DNA from: Minisyncoccota bacterium
GTDB taxonomy: Bacteria > Patescibacteriota > Minisyncoccia > Phycocordibacterales > UBA1550
Direction: 5' to 3'
Assembly: GCA_041660105.1 (NCBI GenBank)
Contig: JBAZWZ010000001.1
Coordinates: 64,523 to 128,522 of the forward strand
DNA length: 64,000 bases
The notes under the pieces are model-generated. The model was not told where the DNA came from and did not search any database. It worked only from the letters and a program-made list of their open reading frames with translations. Position numbers and translations under genes: made by a program. Shown here in pieces: positions 29,360 through 38,651 of this stretch (position 1 is the stretch's first letter; the number at the start of each line of letters is the position of its first letter).

Positions 29360-29821
29360 TTATTCTGACATATACTGCCTTTCTAGGGTTTCAAATTGCT
29401 CCTGCGTTATGTCTGTATTATTTCCATTAATATCAACTACCCCGTATTCTTTAGTCCCCTTACCTAAACCTGAGGATGTTGTCACAAACCAAGCCATCTG
29501 CTTATTCTCTAGCCCATCATAAATCGTTACTGATGTACTTAAGAAATTCTTATCAGCAAGTATGTCGGTAATTTCCACAAAACACTTTTGCAGTTTTGTA
29601 TTGTAGTGACTTGAGAAGTCTTGAGTTGAATTACTTATATTTTTTGATGCTTCCTGCTTGTACCTACTAAGTGCGTCCTTCCCTCTTTGAGCACAATCAG
29701 CTTTCCTGAGTACGAGATTTTGAGCATTTTGATTTGCTGGAAGGTAAAAAACGAAAAAATAACTAGCAGAAAGCGCAAAAATTAAAACAGAAGAAGTAAT
29801 GATGATTTTATTAACATTCAT
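29360..29821 (-). CDS. Hypothetical secreted/membrane-anchored protein
   Basis: It has an N-terminal signal/TM segment. Confidence 0.4.
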   Translation of the reverse strand: MNVNKIIITSSVLIFALSASYFFVFYLPANQNAQNLVLRKADCAQRGKDALSRYKQEASKNISNSTQDFSSHYNTKLQKCFVEITDILADKNFLSTSVTIYDGLENKQMAWFVTTSSGLGKGTKEYGVVDINGNNTDITQEQFETLERQYMSE

Positions 29822-30026
29822 ATAAATGTAAGGAGAAATGTCTAGTGAATTGTTAACTCAAGTCTATACCTCTCCTGATATTAATTCAATACTCTACTTG
29901 TGGACCTCTATTAATCACAAAATCACGCATTTATAAGGGCTAATTGCAAAGCAGGGCTACTTTGGTAGTACGTCCAGAAACGTGAAAGGTAGGTTTTTAC
30001 ATGGTTCAATGTTTTTCGCTGTGTGT

Positions 30027-30080
30027 CCACAGAATACAAAAACCGCACAACTAAGTTGTGCGGTTTTTGTATTCTGTGGA
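30027..30080. repeat. 54-bp perfect palindrome (25-bp arms, 4-nt loop)
   Basis: ccacagaatacaaaaaccgcacaac taag ttgtgcggtttttgtattctgtgg. Confidence 0.7.
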
Positions 30081-30149
30081 GATGGAGCAAGCGGAGCTTG
30101 CGTGGGGAATCGAAAGGCACAGTGATGTTTTGTCGACTCACTGGGAGAC

Positions 30150-30385
30150 AAAACCACGAGCCGGGGTAGCGGGTACTTAGCCCCCGCAACTTGCGGAGCA
30201 AGTGAGAAGACTTAGTAATCCGTGACCGATGAACCTGGAATCAAAAAGCGCAGGCGGTACACAAAACGAGCGAAGCGAGTACTTGTCGCCGAGTCGGGGT
30301 CGAGAGTACTTAGTGCTCGCAGTGTGTAATCACACGAGAACACTTAGTAACTCGTGACCGATGAACCCGGAATCAAGAAAAAATT
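30150..30385. repeat. Two imperfect about 100-bp direct repeats with a differing (covarying) internal hairpin and recurrent ACTTAGT motif
   Basis: Unit A is …gtacttagcccccgca[acttgc gga gcaagt]gagaagacttagtaatccgtgaccgatgaacctggaatcaaaaa. Unit B is …gtacttagtgctcgca[gtgtg taat cacac]gagaacacttagtaactcgtgaccgatgaacccggaatcaagaaaaaa. Confidence 0.55.
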
Positions 30386-30723
30386 TTGCAATTATCCACC
30401 ATTTTGTCCACAGTTCTGTCAATTATACCTTGATTTAGCAGCATTATTTTGAAGAAAAATATTATAATGATTTTTTTCATATTGGCAACCCTTATAATTT
30501 AACGCTTATTTGCCAAAATTTTAGACATTCTTTTTTGCGTGTGACGTAGTCATAAAAATATACAAAATTACTTCCGCTCTAATTTTGCTTTATGCTATTA
30601 TTGAATACGTTAGGCTATCCCTTGTAGCCACATATTGTCGGTTACAAGGGGTGGCGTAGCAATCAGGTTAAGCCATTAATGGGCTTCCCCAGCCCTGTCT
30701 TCCTCGGACACTGAAAAGAGGTA

Positions 30724-30873
30724 ATGATGAGTAAATTCATACATTGTCATCCGTCTGGAAAGTTGATGTGGTGCCAACACTACAATGGTAGTTGGGTGGC
30801 ATTCCCTATCGACAAGAACGATAAGGATGAGGACGTGATAAAAGAAATCGCCACTGCTTCGAAAGAAGAGTAG
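30724..30873 (+). CDS. Small HCH…WCQH(F/Y)NGSW protein (49 aa), paralog of 27697..27867
   Basis: SD is AAGAGGtaATG. It is not in the ORF track because it is under 60 aa. Confidence 0.5.
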   Translation: MMSKFIHCHPSGKLMWCQHYNGSWVAFPIDKNDKDEDVIKEIATASKEE

Positions 30874-30970
30874 CGAGATCAATTTTCATTTGTTTTGTTT
30901 CTCTGCATTACGCAATAATGCAGGCCTTCCCATTAAAGGGCGGGCAGAAAAAGTAATTCGAAAGTCGATT

Positions 30971-31042
30971 TGGGCCCGTAGTGTATCGGTTAGCACACCA
31001 GCCTTATAAACAGGGAGTGCCAGTTCGATTCTGGTCGGGTCC
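30971..31042 (+). tRNA. tRNA-like sequence, possibly a degenerate or pseudo-tRNA
   Basis: The acceptor (GGGCCCG/CGGGTCC), D-arm and T-arm (GCCAG TTCGATT CTGGT) fold well. The anticodon arm CCAGC-CTTATAA-ACAGG has two mismatches. Confidence 0.35.
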
Positions 31043-31477
31043 ACATTACTTTTTCTGCTCACTCTTCAATTTTCAAACAGCAAAAACAACCTTTCTTCTA
31101 GAAGGTTGTTTTTTGATTACTAAAAATGATAATTTTCATATACTAAAAAGGTTTCCTCTTCCCTCTCCAGTCCAACAATTCATACAATTACCTTAGGCTT
31201 AGTATACTATCTTTTTACAAAGTATTGTCAACAAAATATGCCAAATTTGGCCGAGTTATCCACAGTTTATAAAATATCTATATTTATCAAGCCAATTTAC
31301 TACGACTTTTTGGACCAAAATACATTTATTCCTCCCCCTACCTCCTCACCCCCACCCAAAACTCCACTCCTTCAATCTCAAACTGCTGTAGCCCCACCAC
31401 GAGGTCTTTGTTCCTTGACCTAACAGCCATTAAATACTAGTATCTCCTTAGTAGTTCTAATTAGTTTAAAGGAGTGA

Positions 31478-31861
31478 ATGATGAGCAAAACAACTGGCGT
31501 AACAATTAGTAGAGTAGTTATTCTTGAATCCCCGTACGCGGGAGACGTTAGAAAAAATCTAAAATACGTTCGAGCTTGTATGCATGACTGCCTCCTGAAA
31601 GGCGACGCGCCGTTCCCCTCTCACGCCCTGTACACACAGGAAGGCGTCCTTGACGACCTCATCCCTGACGAACGACAGCTTGGGATTGAGGCTGGTTTGG
31701 CTTGGGGGGAGAGAGCTGATGCCACTGTCGTTTACATAGACCTCGGTATCAGCGGTGGAATGAAGCTCGGCATCAAGCGTGCACAAGATGCAGATCGCCC
31801 TATTGAATATCGGAGACTGGGCGGTGAATGGTCAACGAAAACCAACTCGGAGGTCCTATGA
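31478..31861 (+). CDS. Hypothetical protein
   Basis: 127 aa with no confident family assignment. Confidence 0.4.
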   Translation: MMSKTTGVTISRVVILESPYAGDVRKNLKYVRACMHDCLLKGDAPFPSHALYTQEGVLDDLIPDERQLGIEAGLAWGERADATVVYIDLGISGGMKLGIKRAQDADRPIEYRRLGGEWSTKTNSEVL

Positions 31862-32064
31862 TCCAAAAAGAGGCGCCTTGTCTCACCCGTGGTTGCCACG
31901 TAACACTCATAAAGAAACCTGCTGGATACCTTTCGCAACACGTACCTCTAACTCTTGGAAATACTTATGAGTTCCTCGAGTGGAGCGGTTCGTGTGTCGT
32001 CATCACGACCGACATACCTGGTGAAACAACAAGTGTTCATTATTCACACATCGCTCCAGTGTAA
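31857..32064 (+). CDS. Hypothetical small protein
   Basis: Its start overlaps the upstream stop (ATGA). A terminator follows. Confidence 0.35.
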
Positions 32065-32068
32065 CTAT

Positions 32069-32104
32069 CCCCGCAGGCCGTAAGGCTTGCGGGGATTTTC
32101 TTTA
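32069..32104 (+). terminator. Intrinsic terminator
   Basis: ccccgcaggccgtaaggcttgcgggg followed by attttcttt. Confidence 0.7.
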
Positions 32105-32178
32105 CAATCCTCGCGGATGTGCTAGATTCAAAAGAGGAACACAAAGCACATTATAACCAACCACACAGGAGGCTCATT

Positions 32179-32952
32179 ATGAAATGGCCAGCAAGCTTCA
32201 CTATCGTCCGTCACGGGCAATCCGAGTACAACGTTTTACGTGCAAAGAAAGAAGCGAGCACATTGTATCAAGAGTTCAAAAAATCCTTTGAACAGGATCC
32301 TGAGTGCGAAAGAACACACAGACTTGCTCTTGAAGTGCAAAATGAATTTGCCCTCGGCACAAGCGATTACGAAACACGTCTCACTGAAGAAGGCATGCAC
32401 CAAGCGCGGGAAACGGGGAAAAAACTTTCTACCCTTATTGCGGTCCCTAATGTCGTGTTCGTCTCTCCATATCTTCGCACCAGAAACACGTTTGAGTGTA
32501 TCGCGGAGGAGTGGCCTGCGCTTGCGGATGTAAAAATTGTCTACGACGATCGCATTCGCGAACAAGAACATGGCTTATCACTTCTTTATAACGACAGGCG
32601 TGTATTCCACGCTCTGCACCCTGAGCAAAGAAAACTTTTTGAACTCATGGGGCCGTACTGGTATCGATATCCACAAGGTGAATCGGTTTCGGACACGCGC
32701 GACCGAGAACGAGAGTTTGCGGGGATGCTCATTCGTGAGTATTCAGAAGCAGACGTTCTTGCAATCACGCACCATCTGACTATCCTTTCGACACGAGCAA
32801 ACCACGAGCGTCTCACCCCTGAGCAATTTATCCATCTGGATGAGAACCACAAACCCGTGAATTGCGGGGTGACGAATTATATCGGCAACCCCTATGCAGG
32901 CTCAAATGGCAAGCTTGAGTTGGAATTCTACAACAAACAGCTCTGGGAGTAA
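32179..32952 (+). CDS. Histidine phosphatase superfamily protein (phosphoglycerate-mutase-like)
   Basis: RHGQSEYN catalytic motif. The start at 32179 has a GGAGG SD. Confidence 0.75.
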   Translation: MKWPASFTIVRHGQSEYNVLRAKKEASTLYQEFKKSFEQDPECERTHRLALEVQNEFALGTSDYETRLTEEGMHQARETGKKLSTLIAVPNVVFVSPYLRTRNTFECIAEEWPALADVKIVYDDRIREQEHGLSLLYNDRRVFHALHPEQRKLFELMGPYWYRYPQGESVSDTRDREREFAGMLIREYSEADVLAITHHLTILSTRANHERLTPEQFIHLDENHKPVNCGVTNYIGNPYAGSNGKLELEFYNKQLWE

Positions 32953-33007
32953 TTTCTTAGGCAAACAAAATCCCGAGACCAGCACACGCTGATCTCGGGA
33001 TACTTTT

Positions 33008-33379
33008 TTACCATTTCGGAATCTTCCACACGAGGTTATGACTTAAAACGAGCTCAAAGACCTCGTCACCACAATCGCCATACACGCCCATCTCCCCAAC
33101 ACCAACAATGTCATCAAACAACTGCACGAACTTGCTGAGCGTAATGCTTTTTTGATGAGCGCAGCCAGCTTCGTGGAGCACATCGAGGACTCCGTATAAA
33201 TTGAATCCGACGAGTGGCCTGTATTTTGAAGTAGGATTGCTATCCACGAGAGCTTCGAATCTCGGGTGGAAAATTTCGACATCCACCGCGCGGTCAAGAA
33301 AAATTGCCTGCAACATCCCCAGATCCTCATAGTACACAAGGTGGGGCACAAAAACATCATCTCTTGCAATTTTCATCAT
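33008..33379 (-). CDS. Hypothetical protein
   Basis: 123 aa. Confidence 0.35.
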   Translation of the reverse strand: MMKIARDDVFVPHLVYYEDLGMLQAIFLDRAVDVEIFHPRFEALVDSNPTSKYRPLVGFNLYGVLDVLHEAGCAHQKSITLSKFVQLFDDIVGVGEMGVYGDCGDEVFELVLSHNLVWKIPKW

Positions 33380-33505
33380 TTTCTCCTTAAAATGGTTACA
33401 GAGAGCTTCTCAGGCAACAATACCACAAAATCTGTAAATTGGAATACCGCGATTCAAGGGCAAAAAAGTAGGCAAAAAGTAGGTGGGATAGTATAATATT
33501 AAACA

Positions 33506-34633
33506 ATGAAAGACGACGAAATTCCTGGAATATATTTTGGAACACCTGGTTCACCCACTCCTCTAAGTAGAATAGGGGGCCCAGTTGTGTCCGATAATAA
33601 AAGTGTACACACAATGAAGGATGACATTCTCGAGGCGAAGAAGCTCGAAGAAAGCAAACCCGTTGTCCCCGTCTCCCCAAAAGTTAATCCTCTCAAGAAA
33701 ATATGGGCGAATATTTCTGGAGAAACAAAGCGTGAAGAAGCATCAGCGAAAGATCGCGCACAAAAGGAAGCTGAGGTTGCCAAAGTCGCTGCAGAAAAAG
33801 CGCGTATAGAAGAAGAGCTTGCTGCTAAAGCTCAGGAAGAGAAGCGAGTGTTGGAAGAAGCGGAAGCAGTAAAAAAAGCAGAGAGGAAGGCGCTTGAGGA
33901 TGAGGCTAGAGCTAATATTCTTGCAGAAAAAGAAGCAGCAGCAAACCTTATCAAACAAAAAGAAGATGCGGTAGCGGAAGCTATTGTCGCAGCAACACCC
34001 GAAGCCACAGCAACGAGAAGCCGTGCGGTATCTGCAGTGTCTGAAAAAGCAGCAGAAATCATCGATGCACAAACAAGAGCCCTCGCAGAGACAGTAGATG
34101 AAGCTAGTGAAATCGTTGAAAAGAAGGAACGGGTTCGCGCAAATATTGCAAAAATTATTGAGGACGAAGAACAAGGTCTTGCACAAGTAACAAAATTTAT
34201 CGAGGAAGAAGAACGTGCGCGTGCGGGGATGATAAAAGCTGAGGCTTCCCACAAAAGAGAACAGGCTGAAATGTCGGCAAAAAAAGCTGAGGCAATGCTT
34301 GTAAAAGAAAAAAGTGAGGCAGCAGCAGCAGAAATCATTGCAAACAAAGAACGCGCTGAAGCAAAAGAAGCAGAGGCTGTTGCCTTGCGTGAAAGGGCTC
34401 ACGCAAACGAAGCTAGAGAAGAAGAGTCGAAAGTAATCTTTGCTGCTGATAAACAAGTACAGATTGCCGTTGAAGCAGCTGAAAAAGAAATAGCACTCTT
34501 ACAGAAACAATCACGCGCAGAAGCGGAAGCCATAGCACAAGCGCAAGAAGAAGCGCGAGAAGCTGAGGTCGCGGAGGTGACAAAGATTGCCGCTATTAAG
34601 AAGGGTGCGCATCCCACCTCAAAGACTAACTAA
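33506..34633 (+). CDS. Ala/Glu/Lys-rich coiled-coil protein
   Basis: About 300 aa of charged low-complexity heptad-like repeats, with no TM. Confidence 0.5.
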   Translation: MKDDEIPGIYFGTPGSPTPLSRIGGPVVSDNKSVHTMKDDILEAKKLEESKPVVPVSPKVNPLKKIWANISGETKREEASAKDRAQKEAEVAKVAAEKARIEEELAAKAQEEKRVLEEAEAVKKAERKALEDEARANILAEKEAAANLIKQKEDAVAEAIVAATPEATATRSRAVSAVSEKAAEIIDAQTRALAETVDEASEIVEKKERVRANIAKIIEDEEQGLAQVTKFIEEEERARAGMIKAEASHKREQAEMSAKKAEAMLVKEKSEAAAAEIIANKERAEAKEAEAVALRERAHANEAREEESKVIFAADKQVQIAVEAAEKEIALLQKQSRAEAEAIAQAQEEAREAEVAEVTKIAAIKKGAHPTSKTN

Positions 34634-34649
34634 TCTTTCTAAAACAAAA

Positions 34650-34680
34650 AGGACGCGACCGTCGGTCGCGTCCTTTTTTA
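34650..34680. terminator. Bidirectional intrinsic terminator
   Basis: ggacgcgaccgtcggtcgcgtcc flanked by A- and T-runs. Confidence 0.75.
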
Positions 34681-34714
34681 CTATTAGCTATTGGCTATTG
34701 ACCAACAACTGTCC

Positions 34715-35761
34715 CTAGTATCCTTCCCCTTCTTTGTTGTGAGCAAAGTTTGACCCGAACACCTTGTGTAAGTACCAGTTGTATGCGAATACGATTGGAA
34801 GGATTGGCCCAATACCATAGAGCATAAACTTGAGCGTTGAGTCAGGGGACGCAACGTCAAAGATGGTGACTGCAGGTGGGACGATATAAGGGAAGAGTCC
34901 CACAACCATACCAGCATACCCGAGAACGAAGATAAGCATTGCAAAGAAGTGCATTTGCTCAGGATTCTTTTTTGCGATTGCGTTATAACCAAGGATTACG
35001 CTCGTCATAAAGATAGCTCCTGCAATAAGATAGAGGAGGTAACTCGTTGGCGCAGCGGTCCACGCCGTCATAAAGATGTAGCTCATATTTGGGAGAACAA
35101 ATGTTGCAGTTAGAAGGGCGAGGAATGTAACCACTGATGCTCCAAGAATACGTGGGAACGTTTCAACTTGAAGTGCATAATCAATCTTTCCAATGAGGGC
35201 TGAGTACCCAAGTACAACATACGCAAAGAAAAGTCCGATAGTAAACAGAAGTGTAAATGGTGTGAGGAAGTCAAAAGCACCACCACCAAAGTGTCCGTCT
35301 ACGATTTTAATACCACTCAAGAGTCCTCCAAAAAGAAGACCGTGACCAATAGCCACAAGAAGACTTCCGACACCAAACACCTTTGTCCACAAACTCTTCA
35401 TTTCTGAGAATTCAAAAAAGGCGAACGATCCCGCGCGAAGAATAATACCAACCGCAATAACGATTGCGGGGACAAAGAGTGCGTTGAGTCCGATAGCGTA
35501 CACTGCAGGGAATGCACCAAAGAGCGAGCCGGCCGCTACGAGAAGCCACGTTTCGTTGGCATCCCAGATAGGACCCACCACATGAAGCATTAATGAACGA
35601 TTGTCCTCCTTCTGAGGAAGAAGCGACAAAATACCAATACCGAGGTTCCCACCATCGAGAAGGATATAGAGCGCGAGCTCAATACCAATGATGGCAAACC
35701 AGACTATAGGGAGAAGTGGGATATGAGCTCCTGAAGTAGCCAATGTAATAAAATCATTCAT
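34715..35761 (-). CDS. cydB: Cytochrome bd ubiquinol oxidase subunit II
   Basis: It has a CydB-like N-terminus and polytopic layout, and lies directly downstream of cydA. Confidence 0.8.
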   Translation of the reverse strand: MNDFITLATSGAHIPLLPIVWFAIIGIELALYILLDGGNLGIGILSLLPQKEDNRSLMLHVVGPIWDANETWLLVAAGSLFGAFPAVYAIGLNALFVPAIVIAVGIILRAGSFAFFEFSEMKSLWTKVFGVGSLLVAIGHGLLFGGLLSGIKIVDGHFGGGAFDFLTPFTLLFTIGLFFAYVVLGYSALIGKIDYALQVETFPRILGASVVTFLALLTATFVLPNMSYIFMTAWTAAPTSYLLYLIAGAIFMTSVILGYNAIAKKNPEQMHFFAMLIFVLGYAGMVVGLFPYIVPPAVTIFDVASPDSTLKFMLYGIGPILPIVFAYNWYLHKVFGSNFAHNKEGEGY

Positions 35762-35766
35762 GATAG

Positions 35767-37143
35767 TTATATTGTTGCGTTAAAATCAGGACCCTTTTCA
35801 GTAATCCTACGAATAAAATGAACGAGGAGCGAGAACAAAGCTATATAAATTGCAACGATTGCCACAATCAAGAATATAATGATACCCGCGTTCAAGTTCG
35901 AAGAGAGGGATTGCGCAATCGTAAGATTGTGATAGATCATATATGGCTGACGTCCGATCTCACGAGCCATCCACCCCATTTCAACAGCGATGAATCCGAG
36001 TGGGATCATCCACACGAAGAAACGAAGGAAGCCCTTGTGATTCTCAATGGTGTCAACCTCAAGCTTGCCACGGCGCCAGTAGTAGAGCGCAACGAGAGCA
36101 ATAGCGACCATAGCAAAGCCAATCAAAATCATAATGCGCGAAGAGTAGTACGTAAGCGCTGACTCGATGGCAGTTGGTTTCTCGTTTGTAGCGAAATCAT
36201 TGAGTCCCTTCACTTCTCCTGTCATTGTCTTTGTGGTTACAATACTAAGAGCGTTTGGAATCGAAGGCCAAGCAAATGAAGTGCCATTGTTATCCTTATT
36301 TGGAAGCGCAAATAGTGACCAAGGAGCCCCCTGACCTTGCGCATTCGTATCATAGTGAAGCTCCATTGCAGCGAACTTTGCAGGCTGATGCTTTGCTACA
36401 ATCACACCGAGGATGTCTCCGAAGATAACTTGCACTGGCGCGGCAATGAGTGCGACAACAATCGCATACTTGATAGAGTTAATAAAAAACTGAACTTTCT
36501 CACGAGTTTTGTTTTCCCTGAGGATGGCCCACGCGGATACCCCCGCAACGAGAAATAGCGTAGCCGTGACTGCAGCAAGGAGCGTGTGAAGATATGAGGT
36601 CATTGTGCCAGAATTGAAGATTGCCTGCCAGTAGTTATCAACAATGATCTTCCCTGTCACAAGGTCCATATGAGTACCTTCGGGAATCTGCATCCATGAG
36701 TTTGCCGCAATAATCCAAAAAGCTGAAAGTGTTGCAGCAAAAAAAGTAAGACCGTTTGCAATGAGGTGTACCGTGCGTGATACGTACTTCCATCCGAATA
36801 TCATAATACCGAGTGATGCTGTCTCAAGGGTAAATGCAATGGTCGTCTCGAAGCCGATGATGTTTCCAAAGAAACTTCCTGCAGCGTTTGAGAATGCTGC
36901 CCAGCTCATTCCAAACTGAAATGCCATCGGGATACCACTCGCTACTCCAATAGCAAATGAGAGAGTAAAAATCTTTAACCAGAAACGAAGCTGTTGATAA
37001 TACTCTTGTTTACCTGTCTTCAACCACATACACTCCATCACAAATAGATAAAGCGCGAGACCAATCGACATCATAGGGAATATGATGTGAAAAGCTGCGG
37101 TGGCGCCAAATTGAATGCGTGAAAGCATTAATACTAAATCCAT
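35767..37143 (-). CDS. cydA: Cytochrome bd ubiquinol oxidase subunit I
   Basis: LSRIQFGATAAFHIIFPMMSIGL. A Q-loop region is present. Confidence 0.85.
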   Translation of the reverse strand: MDLVLMLSRIQFGATAAFHIIFPMMSIGLALYLFVMECMWLKTGKQEYYQQLRFWLKIFTLSFAIGVASGIPMAFQFGMSWAAFSNAAGSFFGNIIGFETTIAFTLETASLGIMIFGWKYVSRTVHLIANGLTFFAATLSAFWIIAANSWMQIPEGTHMDLVTGKIIVDNYWQAIFNSGTMTSYLHTLLAAVTATLFLVAGVSAWAILRENKTREKVQFFINSIKYAIVVALIAAPVQVIFGDILGVIVAKHQPAKFAAMELHYDTNAQGQGAPWSLFALPNKDNNGTSFAWPSIPNALSIVTTKTMTGEVKGLNDFATNEKPTAIESALTYYSSRIMILIGFAMVAIALVALYYWRRGKLEVDTIENHKGFLRFFVWMIPLGFIAVEMGWMAREIGRQPYMIYHNLTIAQSLSSNLNAGIIIFLIVAIVAIYIALFSLLVHFIRRITEKGPDFNATI

Positions 37144-37242
37144 ATATAAATTTTAATTACTAATAATTGCGATGAATATATTATATACCTCACGGTGTTT
37201 AAATGACAGGTTAAAACTTAGGAAACGGTGGAAAACTAATTG

Positions 37243-37356
37243 GGGGAACCACTGACCACTGACACCGCTATGCGGACAACTGACAAGGGAACGCCCGACA
37301 GCCTTCGGCTGTCGGGCGTTCCCGCGTTTGGTCAGTGGTCAGTTGTAAGTTGTGGG
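37243..37356. repeat. Heptamer-flanked hairpin element (copy 2), in the divergent cydA/infC promoter region
   Basis: CACTGAC CACTGAC … AACTGAC, then hairpin gaacgcccgacagcc ttcg gctgtcgggcgttc, then GGTCAGT GGTCAGT TGT. Confidence 0.6.
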
Positions 37357-37484
37357 ATCGTGGGCGCCCACGACCCCTGTTTGGTTGACTTCTCGCCTCC
37401 TTTTGTGTAGAATACCCCTTGACTCCGCAACTTACTTGCGGTGTTGCTAATTTACCCCATGGGCCTTAAAAGCTCTTAAATCCA

Positions 37485-38003
37485 TTGAATCCTAAGACGA
37501 AAATCAACCATCAAATTCGCGCCAAAGAACTCCGTGTTATTACGGATACGGGCGAAATTCTCGGAGTCCTTTCACTGTCGGAAGCACTCAAAAAAGCGGA
37601 GGAACTAGGGCTTGACCTCATTGAGATCTCGCCCAACGCCGAACCGCCCGTTGCGAAGATAATGGATTATGGTAAATATCAGTACCAGCAGAGCAAAAAG
37701 CAAAAAGAAGCCAAAGCTCGCACGCACGTTACGGAAACCAAAACACTACAGGTAAAGATCGGTACCTCGGAACACGACCTCGAGCTCAAAGCGAAAAACG
37801 CTTCGAAATGGCTCAAGGAAGGTCACCGTGTAAAGATTGATCTCTTCCTCGTAGGACGAACAAAGTACGCAGATATCAACTTCAAAAAAGAGCGCCTCGA
37901 CCGAGTCCTGACCCTCATCACTGAAGAATACCGTCTTTCTGGAGAGCCCCTCAAGAGCCCCAAAGGACTTTCTGTCACCCTTGAACGCGTATCAAAGAAA
38001 TAA
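37485..38003 (+). CDS. infC: Translation initiation factor IF-3
   Basis: INHQIRAKELRVI…KAEELGLDLIEISPNAEPPVAKIMDYGKY. The start is non-ATG, as is typical for infC. Confidence 0.85.
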   Translation: MNPKTKINHQIRAKELRVITDTGEILGVLSLSEALKKAEELGLDLIEISPNAEPPVAKIMDYGKYQYQQSKKQKEAKARTHVTETKTLQVKIGTSEHDLELKAKNASKWLKEGHRVKIDLFLVGRTKYADINFKKERLDRVLTLITEEYRLSGEPLKSPKGLSVTLERVSKK

Positions 38004-38013
38004 CATTATTATC

Positions 38014-38202
38014 ATGAAAACAAACAAATCATTTACTAAAAGACTCAAGGTGACGAAGACAGGGAAAATCCTTGGTCGTAAGCCAGGCCAGAACCACTTC
38101 AACGCAAAGGCAAGTCGCTCAAAACAGCTCGCAGGAAAGCGTATGAGTGAGTTCCCTATGACCAACAAGGAGAAGGCTCGCTTCCTCCCTGGCCTCCTTT
38201 AA
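38014..38202 (+). CDS. rpmI: 50S ribosomal protein L35
   Basis: MKTNKSFTKRLKVTKTGKI. Confidence 0.85.
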   Translation: MKTNKSFTKRLKVTKTGKILGRKPGQNHFNAKASRSKQLAGKRMSEFPMTNKEKARFLPGLL

Positions 38203-38240
38203 TCCCAAGCAATCAGCTTTTATAAGTAACATAAACTAAT

Positions 38241-38585
38241 ATGACAAGAGTAAAACGAGGAACAACTTCACTTAAGCGCCGTCGAAACGTCCTAGCCCAG
38301 GTAAAGGGCTACCGTTTCGGTCGTAGCACCAAGGAGATTCAGGCAGTTGATGCTATTGCACACGCAGGAGCATATGCTTTTGCACACCGCAAGGACAAGA
38401 AGACAAGCTTCCGCCGTCTTTTCACTATCAAGATCAACGCTGCTCTCCGCCCTCTTGGTTTCTCATACAGCAAGTTCATTGACGCGCTCAAGAAGAAAAA
38501 CATCATCATCGACCGCAAGATCATGGCTGACCTCGCAGAACACAACCCAGAGACCTTTGCTAATTTGGTAAATGAAGTAAAGTAG
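38241..38585 (+). CDS. rplT: 50S ribosomal protein L20
   Basis: MTRVKRGTTSLKRRRNVL…. Confidence 0.9.
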   Translation: MTRVKRGTTSLKRRRNVLAQVKGYRFGRSTKEIQAVDAIAHAGAYAFAHRKDKKTSFRRLFTIKINAALRPLGFSYSKFIDALKKKNIIIDRKIMADLAEHNPETFANLVNEVK

Positions 38586-38597
38586 TAACTCTCAAAT

Positions 38598-38644
38598 AAA
38601 AAAGCCGTCGAGCACCAGTACTGGTGCTCGACGGCTTTTTTATT
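38598..38644. terminator. Bidirectional intrinsic terminator
   Basis: aaaaagccgtcgagcaccagtactggtgctcgacggcttttt. Confidence 0.75.
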
Positions 38645-38651
38645 AGGCGCG

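Larger units (their letters stand above)
21655..30970. mobile_element. Putative integrated element at the ssrA 3' end (large serine recombinase plus unknown cargo); the right boundary is not defined
   Basis: The recombinase abuts and overlaps the tmRNA 3' end. An XRE regulator and excisionase-like HTH are present. The cargo is dense in hypothetical genes and in structured repeats. A tRNA-like sequence lies at about 30971. Confidence 0.35.

Noticed and set aside
33743-34456. 237-aa and 171-aa minus-strand ORFs rich in Cys/Phe/Ser.
   Set aside because: They are antisense to the GAA/GCA-rich coiled-coil gene. Open antisense frames are expected from that codon periodicity. Their composition is implausible and they have no start context.
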